From Pseudobdellovibrionaceae bacterium (GTDB lineage Bacteria > Bdellovibrionota > Bdellovibrionia > Bdellovibrionales > Bdellovibrionaceae), in contig JBIKLL010000030.1 in assembly GCA_044359815.1 (NCBI GenBank), forward strand, positions 1 through 27,673: a stretch of 27,673 nt of DNA, in the 5' to 3' direction. Numbering within the stretch: the first letter of the stretch is position 1; each line of letters starts with the position of its first letter. This document shows, piece by piece, positions 24,456 through 27,673 of the stretch. The notes under the pieces were generated by a model. That model saw only the letters and a program-made list of their open reading frames with translations, did no database searches and was not told where the DNA came from. The translations under genes and the position numbers were made by a program.

Positions 24456-27140
24456 ATGCAAGTGACCGAAGCTCAAAAACATAAAATCCCTCAGAAGTTT
24501 GTTTACTTTTTTTCTGCTGACGAAACTGACGGGAGCGCCGGGCTTAAAAATATCTTAGGCGGTAAGGGCGCTAATTTAGCTGAAATGACAGCTTTGAAAT
24601 TGCCAGTGCCCCCAGGTTTTACGATTTCAACTGAGGTCTGCACAGCTTATTACAACAATGGTGGCAAGCTTCCTGATTGGGTCAGACCAGCCGTTGAAAC
24701 AGCATTGAAAAAAATCGAAACAAAAATCGGTAAAAAATTTGGCGATCCTGCTAATCCATTGTTGGTTAGCGTGCGATCAGGTGCCAGGGCCTCAATGCCA
24801 GGTATGATGGACACGATTTTAAACCTAGGTATGAATGATCAGACAGTGGAAGGCTTAGCCAAAGTTTCTGGCAATCCGCGATTTGCCTGGGATTCTTACA
24901 GACGTTTTATCCAGATGTACACTGATGTGGTTTTGGGGATGAACTCCAGTTTGCTGGAAGTCACCTTGGAAGACCTTAAGGACGAAAAAAAATATAAAAA
25001 CGACACAGATTTATCAGTTGAGGATTTAAAAGTTCTTGTAAAGAAATTCAAAGACTTGGTTCGTAACACTGTTGGTACCAGTTTCCCCAATGATCCCATT
25101 GATCAATTGTGGGGAGCCATTTCGGCTGTATTTAAATCTTGGAACACTCCAAGGGCTATCACTTACCGTGAATTGCACAATATCCCAGCCAGCTGGGGAA
25201 CAGCAGTGAACATTCAGTCCATGGTTTTTGGTAATATGGGAAATGATTCAGCTACAGGTGTGGCATTTACTCGTGATCCATCCACGGGAGACAAAAAGTT
25301 TTTTGGCGAATACCTGGTCAACGCCCAGGGCGAGGATGTCGTTGCAGGCATCAGGACACCTCAGCCTGTTACCCGGGAGGCCGCAGCTAAATCGGGCCAG
25401 ATGTCGTTGGAACAAGAAATGCCTGAAAGCTTTAAACAGCTTACAGAAAATTATCAAAAACTTGAAAAGCATTATCGTGATATGCAGGACATCGAATTTA
25501 CGATTGAAAAAGGCAAGCTTTGGATGCTTCAAACCCGCAACGGTAAGCGCACAGCCAGAGCCGCATTAAAAATTGCATCTGATATGATTCGCGAAAAACT
25601 GATCACCGAGGAAGAAGCTATTTTGCGCATCGATCCTTCAAGCCTTGATCAGCTGCTGCATCCGACTTTGGACCCAAAATCTGCAAAAACAGTTTTGGCC
25701 AAGGGATTGCCAGCCAGTCCCGGTGGTGTCCACGGGCAGATTGTTTTCACATCTGAAGAAGCCGTTGAATGGAAGGAAAAAGGACACAAAGTGATTTTGG
25801 TGCGTGTAGAAACCAGTCCAGAGGACATTGCAGGGATGGTGGCATCACAGGGGATTTTGACCTCTAGGGGCGGAATGACTTCACACGCTGCTGTGGTTGC
25901 CAGGGGAATGGGTAAATGCTGTGTGGCCGGTTGCCCTGAAATCGAAATCGATTACAAAACTGAACAGATGAAGGTCAAAGGCTACGTTTTGAAAAAAGGC
26001 GACGTCATTACATTGGATGGATCAACGGGCGAAGTCTTTATGGGCGAGGTCAAAACCATCGATCCAGTGCTGGATGAAAATTTTGAATTCATTATGAAGA
26101 TTGCCGATAAAAAGCGAAGGCTCAGGGTTCGCACAAATGCGGATACTCCGAAAGACTCAACAGTTGCCAGATCTTTTGGTGCTGAAGGCATTGGGCTTTG
26201 CAGAACTGAGCATATGTTTTTTGGCGCTGACAGAATAGACTCGGTCCGTGAAATGATCATCGCAGATAATCTGCACGATAGGGAAAAAGCTTTATCTAAA
26301 TTATTGCCGATGCAGCGACAGGACTTTTTTGAAATTTTTAAAATCATGAAGGGCTTTCCCGTCACAATCAGATTGCTGGATCCCCCTTTGCATGAGTTTG
26401 TTCCGCACTCGGATAAGGAAATTCAGGAATTTTCAAAACGCATTGGTCAGGATGCTGATAAAGTTAAGCATAAAATCAAAGCTTTGCATGAGTTCAACCC
26501 CATGTTGGGACATCGTGGTTGCCGATTGGCGATCACCTATCCTGAAATTTATCAAATGCAGGTTCGTGCGATCGCTGAGGCTGCAGTGATGGCGATCAAA
26601 GATGGCATTACTTTGATTCCTGAAATTATGATTCCATTGGTTGGAGTGGATAAGGAACTGGAAACACTGCGAGCCTTGACGGTTAAAACCGTTGAAGCCG
26701 TTCAGAAAGAAAAAGCCACTCAGTTTGAATACACTGTGGGGACTATGATTGAACTACCCAGAGCTGCTGTCACAGCAGATGCCATCGCAGACTTTGCAGA
26801 TTTTTTCAGTTTTGGAACAAATGATTTAACTCAAACCACCTTGGGTTTATCCCGTGATGATGCCGGAAGGTTTTTAGGCAGCTACGTCAGTCAGGGGATA
26901 TTTGCTAAGGATCCCTTTGTCAGTATCGATAAGGTGGGCGTGGGTTCATTGGTAAAAACAGCTGTCGAGCTAGGTCGCAGAAGCAAGCCTAATTTAAAAA
27001 CAGGTATTTGTGGTGAACATGGTGGTGATCCTGACAGTATCGAGTTTTTTCATCGGGTGGGATTGGATTATATCAGCTGTTCACCCTATAGGGTGCCTAT
27101 TGCCAGGCTGGCTGCGGCTCGGGCGGCTCTTCTGCCTTAA
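24456..27140 (+). CDS. ppdK: Pyruvate, phosphate dikinase
   Basis: LGGKGANLAEM, SVRSGA..SMPGMMDT, GGMTSHAAVVAR (phospho-His), GLCRTEHMF, SFGTNDLTQ, GICGEHGG. Confidence 0.98.
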   Translation: MQVTEAQKHKIPQKFVYFFSADETDGSAGLKNILGGKGANLAEMTALKLPVPPGFTISTEVCTAYYNNGGKLPDWVRPAVETALKKIETKIGKKFGDPANPLLVSVRSGARASMPGMMDTILNLGMNDQTVEGLAKVSGNPRFAWDSYRRFIQMYTDVVLGMNSSLLEVTLEDLKDEKKYKNDTDLSVEDLKVLVKKFKDLVRNTVGTSFPNDPIDQLWGAISAVFKSWNTPRAITYRELHNIPASWGTAVNIQSMVFGNMGNDSATGVAFTRDPSTGDKKFFGEYLVNAQGEDVVAGIRTPQPVTREAAAKSGQMSLEQEMPESFKQLTENYQKLEKHYRDMQDIEFTIEKGKLWMLQTRNGKRTARAALKIASDMIREKLITEEEAILRIDPSSLDQLLHPTLDPKSAKTVLAKGLPASPGGVHGQIVFTSEEAVEWKEKGHKVILVRVETSPEDIAGMVASQGILTSRGGMTSHAAVVARGMGKCCVAGCPEIEIDYKTEQMKVKGYVLKKGDVITLDGSTGEVFMGEVKTIDPVLDENFEFIMKIADKKRRLRVRTNADTPKDSTVARSFGAEGIGLCRTEHMFFGADRIDSVREMIIADNLHDREKALSKLLPMQRQDFFEIFKIMKGFPVTIRLLDPPLHEFVPHSDKEIQEFSKRIGQDADKVKHKIKALHEFNPMLGHRGCRLAITYPEIYQMQVRAIAEAAVMAIKDGITLIPEIMIPLVGVDKELETLRALTVKTVEAVQKEKATQFEYTVGTMIELPRAAVTADAIADFADFFSFGTNDLTQTTLGLSRDDAGRFLGSYVSQGIFAKDPFVSIDKVGVGSLVKTAVELGRRSKPNLKTGICGEHGGDPDSIEFFHRVGLDYISCSPYRVPIARLAAARAALLP

Positions 27141-27669
27141 GGGCCATGGGACAATGAGTGTGACTGGTTAGGTTGACCAGCTCTTGATCATTGGGACCAT
27201 ACAATGAGCCGTGATAGTGATCTGATTTTTCACAGTTTGGTGGCTCAGGATATTCCTCTGACATCGAACACTGAACAGACTTGTAATTTCCAGAACCTTT
27301 CAGCTCATACTTAACAAAATAATGTCCATAATAGGGAAGCTGATCCTCAGGTGAAGCATTGAAATTCATTCTGGTGGATTCATTAGCCATTTCTTGATCT
27401 AGCCAAAATTCATCAAAATAAGAATCAAACTCAACATAGGTCACAGACAGGTTTTTCATTTTGCTTTGGTCGATCAGGCCTTTTTGTATTAAATTTTTTG
27501 CGCATTCAACGGCAATATCTGAAAAACCAACTTCAGGATCAGAAGACTCAATGATTAAGGGCGTGGGTTCAAAAAACGCCAAGGGTTTAGGAGGATCCGT
27601 TGATATACGGACCTTATAGCCAACTACAGTTAATATGATCAATGCAAACGTGAGCTTTATTCGTTTCAT
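27097..27669 (-). CDS. Hypothetical secreted or membrane-anchored protein
   Basis: 190-aa ORF with N-terminal basic residues and a hydrophobic helix; four Cys; 3' end overlaps ppdK by 44 bp. Confidence 0.7.
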   Translation of the reverse strand: MKRIKLTFALIILTVVGYKVRISTDPPKPLAFFEPTPLIIESSDPEVGFSDIAVECAKNLIQKGLIDQSKMKNLSVTYVEFDSYFDEFWLDQEMANESTRMNFNASPEDQLPYYGHYFVKYELKGSGNYKSVQCSMSEEYPEPPNCEKSDHYHGSLYGPNDQELVNLTSHTHCPMALKAEEPPEPQPAWQ

Positions 27670-27673
27670 AGCT

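Noticed and set aside
941..26589. Remaining short ORFs in the track nested in or antisense to long genes
   Set aside because: They are shadow frames of well-supported CDSs, with no independent motifs seen.

Overview
Bacterial chromosomal window, most likely from a Bdellovibrionota-like organism (inferred from spoVG, FQNC-type lipoproteins, alpha2-type GlyRS next to ppdK, and several sigma28-like promoters). The left two thirds is an envelope and proteostasis block: L,D-transpeptidase-family lipoprotein, SpoVG, HtrA/DegQ, DUF1844-like protein, a degenerate HtpX, a MoxR-DUF58-BatABCD operon, two lytic transglycosylases, a J-like protein and Mrp. From about 17.5 to 23 kb is an accessory patch: an HUH/RAYT-like nuclease with a duplicated 5' end, two FQNC lipoproteins, a c-di-GMP-I (GEMM-I) riboswitch with its own terminator, a minimal K+ channel and a diheme cytochrome c. 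glyQS and ppdK follow. The most striking unexplained feature is a ~510-bp non-coding element (1264-1773) directly after spoVG, flanked by an 11-bp direct repeat. It is built almost wholly from inverted repeats whose order is permuted (A B C D E F / F' B' C' E' D' A'), so three internal helices cross one another. All calls come from reading the sequence by eye; no searches were run.
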